DNA of 64,000 nt, taken from Candidatus Uhrbacteria bacterium (lineage in GTDB: Bacteria > Patescibacteriota > Patescibacteriia > UBA9934 > GWF2-40-263). The DNA lies in assembly GCA_016206085.1 (NCBI GenBank), contig JACQSF010000009.1, forward strand, positions 9,412 to 73,411, read 5' to 3'. This document shows, one piece after another, positions 10,262 through 18,801 of this stretch (position 1 is its first letter; every line of letters starts with the position of its first letter). A program made the translations under genes and the position numbers. The notes under the pieces are model-generated. The model did not search any database. It worked only from the letters and a program-made list of their open reading frames with translations, and was not told the origin of the DNA.

Positions 10262-11377
10262 TTAAATCGCCACCATCGACTTAATCGCGCCCCAGATTTG
10301 GTCGCCGAAGGTCACGAAATCTTTGTAGGTGACCAGCACCACCAACACCATCAGAAGCATGAACCCTAGGTTGTGCACCGTTACTTCCACTTTCTGATTT
10401 ACGGCACGTCCGCGGACTTTCTCGATAAGCAAGAACAAGATCCGTCCGCCATCGAGCGCCGGGAATGGCAACACGTTGATGATCGCAAGATTAATCGAAA
10501 GCACAGCCGTAAACTGAAGAAGATAGATGAGCCCCATGGCCGCCACTTGGCCGGTCATGACCGCAATGCCAACCGGACCAGAAAGATCAACAGCGACTTC
10601 TTGACGCACTACCAAATCCGCAATAAGTCCACCGAACGCTTTCAAAATCTCGATGGTGAACTGGTACGTCGTATAGATTCCCTGGCCGATCGCTTGAAAG
10701 AATGGATAGGACACAAGGCCGGTAGAGACGAATGCGATTCCCACGCCGGTTGTATCTACGGACTCGAGGTACGCACTCGTCAATGTATAGGTCGAGTAGG
10801 ATCCATCCTCCTTCTGAACAAGCACGTCAACGCCGTCCGCGGCGTGCTGGGCAAAATAGTCGCGCGCTTCCGCGTCGCTCGTTACCACCGCCCCATCAAG
10901 GGACTCGATCACGTCGCCGCTCACCACGCCGGCTTGTGCCGCAGGTGAACCCTCCACAACTTGCATCACCGTAATCTCCTGGGACTCCACACGTGCAGAG
11001 GCGGGCAGTGAGTCGTCGATGATGCTCGGAAGTCCGGCCATGTACCCAATCGAGAACAACACCGCCGCGAGTACGAGGTTCATCGCCACACCGGCGATCA
11101 ACACCACAAATCGTTTCCAGGCTTTCTTTGAGGCAAAACTATCCGGGTCATGCGCCTGCTCGCCGCTCTCGCCCTTAATCTTCACGAATCCGCCAAGTGG
11201 AATCCAGTTGATCGAGTAAACCGTCTCGCCACGTTTCACGCCCCATAATCGAGGAGGAAACCCAAATCCAAACTCCTCCACCTTCATGCCCATGCGCTTG
11301 GCCATCACAAAGTGACCAAGTTCATGTGCAAACACAAGGAGCGAGAGGACGATGATAAACAATAAAAGTGTTCCCAT
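10262..11377 (-). CDS. rseP: RIP metalloprotease RseP (site-2 protease with PDZ domain)
   Basis: HELGHF, NWIPLGGFVKI, PDZ (GSPAAQAG), NVLPFPALDGG. Confidence 0.93.
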   Translation of the reverse strand: MGTLLLFIIVLSLLVFAHELGHFVMAKRMGMKVEEFGFGFPPRLWGVKRGETVYSINWIPLGGFVKIKGESGEQAHDPDSFASKKAWKRFVVLIAGVAMNLVLAAVLFSIGYMAGLPSIIDDSLPASARVESQEITVMQVVEGSPAAQAGVVSGDVIESLDGAVVTSDAEARDYFAQHAADGVDVLVQKEDGSYSTYTLTSAYLESVDTTGVGIAFVSTGLVSYPFFQAIGQGIYTTYQFTIEILKAFGGLIADLVVRQEVAVDLSGPVGIAVMTGQVAAMGLIYLLQFTAVLSINLAIINVLPFPALDGGRILFLLIEKVRGRAVNQKVEVTVHNLGFMLLMVLVVLVTYKDFVTFGDQIWGAIKSMVAI

Positions 11378-11488
11378 AAATCGCGTCAATCATAACGATT
11401 TTCTGGATTGCAAGCAATATCTTAGCACATGGAATGCTCTACGAACCATTTCTAATCTCAGTATTATAAAAAAGTGACCTACGAGGGG

Positions 11489-12526
11489 TCACAGCAGATT
11501 GGCACGTTCGCGGCCAATGGTGCGGAAATCGCGGCCGAGGAGTGCCGAGATGAGCGTGATTTCCGCGCTCACGATCGGTGTCGGGATGCTGGTCAGCTCT
11601 CCGATGCGCTCCCAGCACACGAGACCGGCGGCCGTGTCCTCGGTGAGGTAGCGGTGCTCGAGGACGTTCGGCCCCTTGAACCCGGCCGCGCGGCCGCACG
11701 CGAGGAACTCGAGATCCTGTCGCTCGGGCTCGGCCATGGAGCCGGACTTGGAGAACAACCCGCGCAGTTCGTTCCATGCGAGCCCGCGGCCCTCCACCTC
11801 CGCGAGCAGCGTCATGCGCTCCGCATCCTTGCGCCCGAGGAGCGCGCGCACCCCGGGGGTGACCCCGTGCTCGTACATCCGGAAGTCTGGGTCGAGCTCG
11901 ATGCGGCTCGCGGAGAGCAGGCAGGGCGTGGTGTGGAAGAGCGGGTTCGGGTTCGAGAGCAACACGGACTGGACTGTGCCGCCGAACACCGGGTTCGGGG
12001 TCAGGATCGCGAGCATCTCCGCGAGTTCCGGCACGGACGACGGATCGCCCGAGTAGAGCACCGACGGGGTGAGCACGGTAACGCGCGCGACCTCTGCGTC
12101 GTGCGGGGAGATCCGACACCCGTAAGGGAGGGTATTGGCCTCCACGAGCAGCGGCACCCGCGCCTGCGAGCCGAGCCGCCGGAGCAGGAACAGCGAGCCG
12201 AGGTTGCCCGGGAAGTACAGCACCGCGCGGACGGCATCAACGACGGGCGCGAGCATGTCCGCGACCGCCTTGTGCGCGTCGGCCACCGTGGTGACGACCA
12301 CGAAGTCGACACCTTCCACCTGCGAGAGATCGGCCGCGAACGCGACGAACCCCTCGGCACGCAACATCCCGTAGATCCGAACCCCCTTCCCCGCGGCACG
12401 GATATTGTCGAGGCGGTCGATAAATCCTGGCACTTCCGAGAGCGTGACGCGGTACCCGTTGGAAGACAGATGGGCCGCGATGGTGGTGCCGGCGGCGCCA
12501 GCACCGATGATAAGAATGTGAGGCAT
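11489..12526 (-). CDS. NAD/NADP octopine/nopaline (opine) dehydrogenase family protein
   Basis: Rossmann GAGAAG; EANTLPYGCR; LSNPNPLFH; HRYLTED...GL...PTP, the opine dehydrogenase C-terminal domain. Confidence 0.88.
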   Translation of the reverse strand: MPHILIIGAGAAGTTIAAHLSSNGYRVTLSEVPGFIDRLDNIRAAGKGVRIYGMLRAEGFVAFAADLSQVEGVDFVVVTTVADAHKAVADMLAPVVDAVRAVLYFPGNLGSLFLLRRLGSQARVPLLVEANTLPYGCRISPHDAEVARVTVLTPSVLYSGDPSSVPELAEMLAILTPNPVFGGTVQSVLLSNPNPLFHTTPCLLSASRIELDPDFRMYEHGVTPGVRALLGRKDAERMTLLAEVEGRGLAWNELRGLFSKSGSMAEPERQDLEFLACGRAAGFKGPNVLEHRYLTEDTAAGLVCWERIGELTSIPTPIVSAEITLISALLGRDFRTIGRERANLL

Positions 12527-12550
12527 CTACTAACTCCAATCAGCAACGGA

Positions 12551-12579
12551 ACCGTATCCATTTTTTGAATAAATGTCAA
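12551..12579 (-). promoter_or_regulatory. Putative sigma70 promoter of the opine dehydrogenase gene
   Basis: TTGACA-17 nt-TACGGT on the minus strand. Confidence 0.5.
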
Positions 12580-12604
12580 GGGAATATGAAAAAACCGCCC
12601 GGGA

Positions 12605-12745
12605 TTAGCCGAGCGGGACGAGGATGGCGCAGATCGCCTGCGCGTCCGGGATCACGGTGCGTCCCGCGCAGTTGGGTCGGATCTTCAGCCCGCGCTCGAC
12701 GAGCACCTTGGCGATGGCGAGCGTGTCCGCCCATACCGTGCATGT
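12605..12745 (-). pseudogene. 3' fragment of a GC-rich gene truncated by the IS remnant
   Basis: Reads ...TVWADTLAIAKVLVERGLKIRPNCAGRTVIPDAQAICAILVPLG* with island-type codon usage and no start. Confidence 0.4.
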
Positions 12746-12943
12746 TATCTCCATCCAGAACTTCGTCTACCAGCGACGACCAATGCTGTTGAGAATACGA
12801 ATGGGCGGATTCGCTCTGTCCTCAATCGTGCTCGTGGGTGTCGGACTCCTGAATCACTCATTCACTGGATCACGGCGTTTCTCTGGTTCCATCCGACAGT
12901 GAAATGTCGACCAAAATTACCAACAGAAATTCGGCGTGTATCC
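12746..12943 (+). mobile_element. IS256-family transposase C-terminal remnant with probable right end
   Basis: Manual frame gives YLHPELRLPATTNAVENTNGRIRSVLNRARG..., the IS256 TTNxxExxN motif; ends at ...CAGAAATTCGGCGTGTATCC. Confidence 0.6.
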
Positions 12944-13284
12944 CACATATGCCCGAGCCATTCGGACACTGCCAAAGGAACTCGCGAAGTCACTCACCTA
13001 CGACCAAGGGAAAGAAATGAGTGACCACAAAGCGTTTACATTTTCTACCGGCATGAAGGTATACTTCGCTCATCCAAGCAGTCCATGGGAACGTGGCACA
13101 AACGAAAATACCAACGGACTTATTCGTCAGTATTTTCCAAAGGGCACGGACTTCCGTACAGTCTCAACAAAAGAGATTAAGCGGGTACAGCGTCAGTTGA
13201 ATCAACGACCAAGAAAGACGCTCGGCCACCTCACGCCAGAAGAAACCATTAACAATATCGTTGCGTTAAAAGTTGGAAACTAAG
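12944..13284 (+). mobile_element. IS30-family transposase C-terminal remnant with right end
   Basis: TYDQGKEM...YFAHPSSPWERGTNENTNGLIRQYFPKG...LNQRPRKTLG; ends in GTTGCGTTAAAAGTTGGAAACTAAG; N-terminal part missing. Confidence 0.9.
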
Positions 13285-13287
13285 TAT

Positions 13288-13315
13288 CAAAAAACCTCCC
13301 CGTTACGAGGAGGTT
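13288..13315 (-). terminator. Intrinsic terminator overlapping the ychF-like stop
   Basis: Minus strand AACCTCCTCG-TAA-CGGGGAGGTT followed by a T-run. Confidence 0.55.
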
Positions 13316-14376
13316 ACGATCCAGAGGACGTCGCCGTCCTGAACCGCGTAGTCGCGGCCGACCGTTTGGAAGGTACCGCGGGCGCGGATGGCCTGTTCGC
13401 CGACCTCGCAGATTTGGTCGAGCGAGAACACCTGCGCCTTCAGAAAGGTGCCGAGGAAGTCCGTGTGGATCATTCCGGCGGCCTCGTGCGCCGTGGTTCC
13501 GCAGCGGATGGGCCACGCACGGGTCACGCCCTTGCCGAACGTGTAGAAGGTGACGAGGCCAAGCGTGTCGTAGCAGCCGCGAACCACCTCGTCGACGGAC
13601 CCGTCGACGCCGAGCGATGTACGTAGCTCCGCGCGCTCCGCCACGTCGTCGATGTCCGAGAGTTCGCGCTCGGCGCGGATGCTGAGCGGAATCGCCGGGT
13701 GGCCGAGTGCCTTCTCCCAGTGCGCGCGGTCGAATGGGCCGTTCTCGCCGACGTTCATGACCACGAGCACGGGCTTGAGCGTGAGGAACTCGTAGACGCG
13801 CAGGCGCTCGAGCTCGTCGGGGGTTAGTCCGGCCTCGCGCGCGGTCTTGCGCTCGTCGCGCATGGCGCGCCAGAGCTTCTCGAGCGCGGCGTGCTTCGCG
13901 ATCGAATCCTTGTCGTTGGTGTTGCGCGCGCGGGATTTCTCCGCGATGCGGTACTTGTTGACGAGTGCGAGGTCGGCCATGACCAGCTCCTCGTCGATGA
14001 TCCGGAGGTCGCGCGACGGGTCGACCGAATCCTCCACGTGCGTCACGTCGCCGTCCTCGAAGGCGCGAACCACGTGCAGGATCATGTCCACGCCGCGCAC
14101 GTGCGCGAGGAACTCGTTGCCGAGCCCCACGCCCTGATGCGCGTTGCGAACCAGCCCCGCGATGTCCACGAACTCGATCTGGCTTGCCATGAGCTCCGCG
14201 CAGCCGGTGGCTCGAGCCAGGCGGTCGAGCCGCTCGTCCGGAATCGTGACGATGGAGACGTTCGGTTCGATCGTGCAGAACGCAAAATTCTCCGCGGGCA
14301 CGTTCCGGCGGGTCAGGGCGTTGAAGAGGGTGGACTTCCCGACGTTCGGGAGTCCGACGATTCCGACTCGAAGCAT
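13303..14376 (-). CDS. ychF: YchF/Obg-family ATPase (divergent, island-encoded)
   Basis: GIVGLPNVGKSTLFNALT, FCTIEPN, FVDIAGLV, GLGNEFL, NVGE G4 variant, TGS domain AAGMIHTDF...QDGDV. Confidence 0.88.
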   Translation of the reverse strand: MLRVGIVGLPNVGKSTLFNALTRRNVPAENFAFCTIEPNVSIVTIPDERLDRLARATGCAELMASQIEFVDIAGLVRNAHQGVGLGNEFLAHVRGVDMILHVVRAFEDGDVTHVEDSVDPSRDLRIIDEELVMADLALVNKYRIAEKSRARNTNDKDSIAKHAALEKLWRAMRDERKTAREAGLTPDELERLRVYEFLTLKPVLVVMNVGENGPFDRAHWEKALGHPAIPLSIRAERELSDIDDVAERAELRTSLGVDGSVDEVVRGCYDTLGLVTFYTFGKGVTRAWPIRCGTTAHEAAGMIHTDFLGTFLKAQVFSLDQICEVGEQAIRARGTFQTVGRDYAVQDGDVLWIVTSS

Positions 14377-14403
14377 AGGGATTCTCCAGGAAACCGAACT
14401 GAC

Positions 14404-14432
14404 AGTGTAGCCAAACCGCGCGACGTTGGCAA
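14404..14432 (-). promoter_or_regulatory. Putative sigma70 promoter of the ychF-like gene
   Basis: TTGCCA-17 nt-TACACT. Confidence 0.55.
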
Positions 14433-14453
14433 GAAAAAAGCCCGAGCTAGCGC

Positions 14454-15104
14454 TCAGGCCGTGATGGCATCGAAGAAAAACCGGCTCGCAAACGCCGCCG
14501 CGGGACCGGGATCCGGGAAGCGGTCGTTGTGGAGCTCGGACGGCGCGAGGCCCGCGCCACGGTAGATGCGCTCCGCGTCCGCGGGGCCGATCTCCGGGTG
14601 GTAGGCCGTCGCGAGGATACGATCCCCGACCGCAAACGCCTCCACTGCGTCACGTGGCGAGTCCGCAAGCAGGCGCGCCCCTGGCGGCAGCCGCACGATG
14701 TGGTTGCTGTGGAACTCAAACTGCACGTAACGGGTGCACAGCGGGAACATTCGATGATCCGCGAGCTGACGGATCTCGTTCCACCCGCGCACGGTCTCGC
14801 CGCGCACCACATCTCCTCCGAGCGCGAGCACAATGAGCTGCGCACCGAGGCAGATGCCCACCAGCATGGGCGCGGCCGGATCCGAGGCGAGCGCGCGGAC
14901 GCGGTCAAATTCCTCCTGGATGAACGGATGTCTAGCCCGATCCTCCTCGTTGGCGGACATGGGCCCGCCGCCGAGCATGAGGACATCAAACGACTCCGGA
15001 ACCGTCTCGCCGAGATAGCGCCGGACCACCCTGGAACCGGGAAGCCAGTTCATGAAGGCCGAGCCGCGTTCCGGGGCGAACTCGCAGACAATGATCCGCC
15101 TCAT
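14454..15104 (-). CDS. Class I glutamine amidotransferase-like protein (possible gamma-glutamyl hydrolase)
   Basis: GGGPMS, GICLGAQL (catalytic Cys), YHPE (His-Glu); AAGGAG RBS; ATGA overlap with the upstream gene. Confidence 0.85.
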   Translation of the reverse strand: MRRIIVCEFAPERGSAFMNWLPGSRVVRRYLGETVPESFDVLMLGGGPMSANEEDRARHPFIQEEFDRVRALASDPAAPMLVGICLGAQLIVLALGGDVVRGETVRGWNEIRQLADHRMFPLCTRYVQFEFHSNHIVRLPPGARLLADSPRDAVEAFAVGDRILATAYHPEIGPADAERIYRGAGLAPSELHNDRFPDPGPAAAFASRFFFDAITA

Positions 15105-16411
15105 GATGCACTCCTTTGTACGATGTTCCACCAAGGCGAGCGACCTGTGAGCCGCTCGTACATCTCGGGATACCCTTCACCCCCGCGCTCGATGGTGAGG
15201 TGTCGGCCACTTCCGGTCGTGCGGATCATCCCATACTCATCCTCCGGATCCGGCACCCGGAGGGCGACGATTTTCTCCCAGTCCGGCTCGGCGCCGAGCC
15301 CCTCGCCCGCGAATGCGACAGACCGGCCGTCCTCGGCCGTCTGAAACGCGCCGTGGATCAGGTGTCGCGCACCCGTGAACCAGTCTGACGCCGGCTGCCA
15401 TCCGTCGCACGGGAGCGAGACAGTGCGGAGCACCGACGCGGCGTGCTGGTCGTAGCAGCGACCGATCGCTGTCGGGAAGGTCCCGCCGACGAGGCTTCGC
15501 ACCGGCTGGTCAACGGTGGCCTCGACCGCCAGACGCTCGAGCTCGAGTGACCGACGGATCCCGCCGAGCTTCTGGATCTTCATGTTGAGCCAGACGCCCG
15601 AGCGCGCGAGAACGCGTGCGTCAGACTCGTTGAGGAACGACTCGTCCGCAACCACATGCAGGCCGAATGCATTCCGTGCGATTCGGTGCGCGTACACGAT
15701 TCCCTCGGCGCCGAAGCGCTCGCCAATAGGCTGCTCGCTGAACGCCCAGGTCTCGATCCATGGGATGTCCCGCGCCCACGCGATTACACCCTCCCACTCC
15801 TCCGGTCCGAGCGAGCCGTTGAAGTCCGTGGAAAAGGTGCCCTGCGTCTCGTGTGCGACCTCGGCGGCCGCGTGCAGGACGGTGCTGGTATATTCCATGT
15901 CCGTGCCGCACTTAAACTTGGGCGTGCGCCCGACGGCGAGGATGCGCCCGACGGCCGCGCGGATCGCGGGCTCATTGGCGAGGATACCGACGCTCTCGAG
16001 CACACACCCGCTTCCCGGCCGATGGCCGTACAGGTTGCAGACGTTGGTACCGGTCATGCGCGCGGCGGCTGCATCGAGTGCCATGTTGATGGCCGCCTGC
16101 GTCGCGTATACACCGTCACGCTCGCGCTCGACCCACGCCTCGTCGAGTAGCGTCTCGCGATCCCCGATGCGGCGGCCAACGAGCAGCGCGGAGTGGAGCG
16201 CGAAAATGATGTCCCACGCGTCGTAGTGCGAGAACGGGAAATCGATCGACGCTTCGCCGACGACGGTGAACGGTGCACCCGCGTCCGGCTCCACCGTGAG
16301 GCGGAGCAACACGCGCGGCAGGTCACGTAACGTCCCGAACCCGAGCCGAAACGGCTGGGAAAGCGGGATCGCGAGCAGCAGGATGTCTCTGCTAATGATC
16401 GTAGCGTTCAT
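15101..16411 (-). CDS. Enolase-superfamily enzyme, MLE subgroup (racemase/dipeptide epimerase/OSBS-like)
   Basis: IPLSQPF cap, AINMALD, KFK, metal ligands DFN / EQP / DES, second Lys in NMKIQKLGG. Confidence 0.82.
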   Translation of the reverse strand: MNATIISRDILLLAIPLSQPFRLGFGTLRDLPRVLLRLTVEPDAGAPFTVVGEASIDFPFSHYDAWDIIFALHSALLVGRRIGDRETLLDEAWVERERDGVYATQAAINMALDAAAARMTGTNVCNLYGHRPGSGCVLESVGILANEPAIRAAVGRILAVGRTPKFKCGTDMEYTSTVLHAAAEVAHETQGTFSTDFNGSLGPEEWEGVIAWARDIPWIETWAFSEQPIGERFGAEGIVYAHRIARNAFGLHVVADESFLNESDARVLARSGVWLNMKIQKLGGIRRSLELERLAVEATVDQPVRSLVGGTFPTAIGRCYDQHAASVLRTVSLPCDGWQPASDWFTGARHLIHGAFQTAEDGRSVAFAGEGLGAEPDWEKIVALRVPDPEDEYGMIRTTGSGRHLTIERGGEGYPEMYERLTGRSPWWNIVQRSAS

Positions 16412-16452
16412 CGATCCCTCCTTGATATCTGGAAATATAAAGAGCCACTCCG

Positions 16453-16481
16453 ATCTTGGGACGTCTTGAACGTCCTGTCAA
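16453..16481 (-). promoter_or_regulatory. Putative promoter with palindromic spacer upstream of the enolase-family gene
   Basis: TTGACA-17 nt-CAAGAT; the spacer is GGACGT-TCAAG-ACGTCC. Confidence 0.4.
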
Positions 16482-16498
16482 GGAGTGGCCGTTGACTT

Positions 16499-17380
16499 CT
16501 ATGCGAGGATCTGATCGATGAGTGCTTGGACGCGCACGAACACGTCCGTCCCGTGCTGAGGCTGCGATCCGGTGAGCCGGTCCCAGAGACGGAGAATACC
16601 ACCCAAGTGACGCACCAACCCACCCATGGTCTTGTCGGCACCCCAACTAGGCAAAGCTTGCTCGATCTTAGCACGAACATCCTCACCGGGCTTGAACAAG
16701 ATCCGTCGCTCGTCGGCGACCGCGATGTACGGGGACGCCCGCATGCGTTTCGGATCGAGCGTCCGTCCCGCGACCACGTAGGCGAAGGACATGTGCTCGT
16801 CGCAGCGCACGCGGAACTCCCGGTCGTACAGCCGTTCGTCGAAGCCAAGCTCCGACTCGCCCGCCTGGAGGAGCCAGCCGAGCTTCAGACGCACGCTGTG
16901 CGTCTCGCGGTACCAGAGCATGTCCGCGAGCTCGCGGCGCACGTACTCGGCCTTGTCGGTGTGCACGCGCGCGAGGAGCGCCTCGTACTCGTCCGAGCGG
17001 TCGAAGTCACTCGAGAGGCGGACGTCTACCGGGATGTCGGCGGCCCTCGCGATCTTGCCGATCACGTCCCGGTACTCCGCCGCCATGGCCGCGACCACTT
17101 CCGGCGTGCAGAAGGGGTTAGTCAGCGCGTGCGTGTCTGCGATGTGGTGGTAGATGCGGTCGAGCCCCATCAGCCTGCGAAGTCGCTCGGCTCCAAGGAT
17201 GAAGATGAGGATGTCAAACGGAAGCCCGATCGACGGCGAACGCGGGGTGGTCAGACCTGTCCCGTAGTAAACCGATCCGAAGGGTTTCGTGAGAAACGCC
17301 GGATCGATCATGGCGAGCGATGGTTCCGAGTGGAACAGGGGCTCGTTCTGCAAAAAAATCCTGAGTTGATCTTCAGTCAT
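16499..17380 (-). CDS. Class Ic aaRS-like Rossmann-fold protein without HIGH/KMSKS (CDPS-like)
   Basis: VYYGTGLTTP, HHIADTHA (compare TyrRS/TrpRS IADxHA), EYVRRELAD (compare CDPS YVxxE), LKLGW; 293 aa with no anticodon-binding domain; ATGA-coupled to the upstream ligase. Confidence 0.55.
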   Translation of the reverse strand: MTEDQLRIFLQNEPLFHSEPSLAMIDPAFLTKPFGSVYYGTGLTTPRSPSIGLPFDILIFILGAERLRRLMGLDRIYHHIADTHALTNPFCTPEVVAAMAAEYRDVIGKIARAADIPVDVRLSSDFDRSDEYEALLARVHTDKAEYVRRELADMLWYRETHSVRLKLGWLLQAGESELGFDERLYDREFRVRCDEHMSFAYVVAGRTLDPKRMRASPYIAVADERRILFKPGEDVRAKIEQALPSWGADKTMGGLVRHLGGILRLWDRLTGSQPQHGTDVFVRVQALIDQILA

Positions 17381-18801
17381 ATGTCTTCGTCCTTGTAGGT
17401 GAGGAAATACTGCCGAAACAAATCACGATCGATCGGTTTATTGCCGATGCTACGCTCTCCCCACATCTGTCGCAAGCTCCGAAACGCGATGTCCGACGGG
17501 CTGCCGAACACGCTGCGGTCTTTCCAAATCTCGCGAACCTGGTCGATCTCCTCGGACGAGGCACCGAGCTCACACATACCATTCTCGGCGAGCTGGGTCT
17601 GCCGTTTCATGACGTCGCGCGCCGACAGACGGACAGGTTCGCCTTCCGTCATCTGCCAGAGCTTGCCGTCCATGCCGAGCGTCATCGCAGACCACCGATT
17701 GTCATGCAGGAGCGGCATGGGCAGGAGCGGGATATCCGCGGCTCGCGCACCAATGACGTGTCCGACGGCGAAGGCGACCATCGCATAGTCCTCGAGCGAG
17801 GTCGGCTGTATGGAAAGCGGCCGAAACTCGAGTACGATCTGCGGATCGGATTCCCCGATGCGAAGAAATTTAATCCGCGCGTCGCGCCAGTACAAGCCGG
17901 TCGCGAGCGGGAACGCCGCCTCCGGGATGTGCAGGATCGACGGCTGGTCGTGGAGATCCTCGAAGTACGCCTCGAGGGTGTGGAAATAGCCCGTCGGGAG
18001 CCCCGTGCGTCCACTCAGGCCACGCGACACCTCCCCAGGAGTACGAATGTCATGACTGAACTCCCACACGATCCCGCGGATGTCCGCGTAACCACTGTCC
18101 ACACCGTCAACGAAGCGCGCGTTTGCACCCATCGCCACGGCGTATGGCCCGGAGACCAACGCCAGATTCAGGAGCTGGAGCGCCTCCTCGGAGGAGTGAC
18201 AATCAAGGTTGTACTGCACGCTCGACATCATCCCCAGTCCGGCTGCGTGGTCGCAACGAATGAGTCCCCCGTCCCGACCGATGAAGGTCGGGAGTCCGTC
18301 TCGACGGTGGCGGCGGTGGAAGTCGGGGACGAGGACGTAGCGATCCTTCGCGCGCTTGGAGCGGCCGCGTTGGTCTGCGTGGACGAGCGGATCGGATCCG
18401 AGGCGCACGATGGAAGCTCCAACCGCGCCAACCCGACTCCGGAGGAGCGAGGTTTCGGAACGGATGGCATTGCGCAACTGACCAAACCCGCCCGCGACCG
18501 TGATGTCGATTGGAGGGGTCATGATCTCAATCTGGGCGGCACCAAGCTCGTATTGGTAGGACGGATACTTCTGAACTAACGCGTTGCGCGTGTCCTCGTC
18601 GAGCGGCTCACCCTCCCGTGTCATACAGGAGAACTCGAGCTCGACGCCGACGCGTCTACCGGTCTTGTTGGATCCGGTGTCGACCGTGCGGTCGAGAATA
18701 GACTCCGCCGTCTCACGGAAGAGCGCACGCATCTCTGGGAAGAACGGATAGAGCGCATCAAAGCGCTCCGCACGACTGGTGGAAAATCGCCGGAACATCA
18801 T
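17377..18801 (-). CDS. Glutamate--cysteine ligase family 2 (GCS2)-type carboxylate-amine ligase
   Basis: VGVELEF, YELGAAQIEI, SSVQYNL, ANARF, LEFR; start taken at MMFRRF (ATGA overlap with the tyrS stop). Confidence 0.8.
   Translation of the reverse strand: MMFRRFSTSRAERFDALYPFFPEMRALFRETAESILDRTVDTGSNKTGRRVGVELEFSCMTREGEPLDEDTRNALVQKYPSYQYELGAAQIEIMTPPIDITVAGGFGQLRNAIRSETSLLRSRVGAVGASIVRLGSDPLVHADQRGRSKRAKDRYVLVPDFHRRHRRDGLPTFIGRDGGLIRCDHAAGLGMMSSVQYNLDCHSSEEALQLLNLALVSGPYAVAMGANARFVDGVDSGYADIRGIVWEFSHDIRTPGEVSRGLSGRTGLPTGYFHTLEAYFEDLHDQPSILHIPEAAFPLATGLYWRDARIKFLRIGESDPQIVLEFRPLSIQPTSLEDYAMVAFAVGHVIGARAADIPLLPMPLLHDNRWSAMTLGMDGKLWQMTEGEPVRLSARDVMKRQTQLAENGMCELGASSEEIDQVREIWKDRSVFGSPSDIAFRSLRQMWGERSIGNKPIDRDLFRQYFLTYKDEDI

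Noticed and set aside
11439-12579. Long alternative-frame ORFs in the GC-rich island (226, 364 and 192 aa)
   Set aside because: Shadow ORFs from high GC and antisense codon bias over the opine dehydrogenase gene; no motifs
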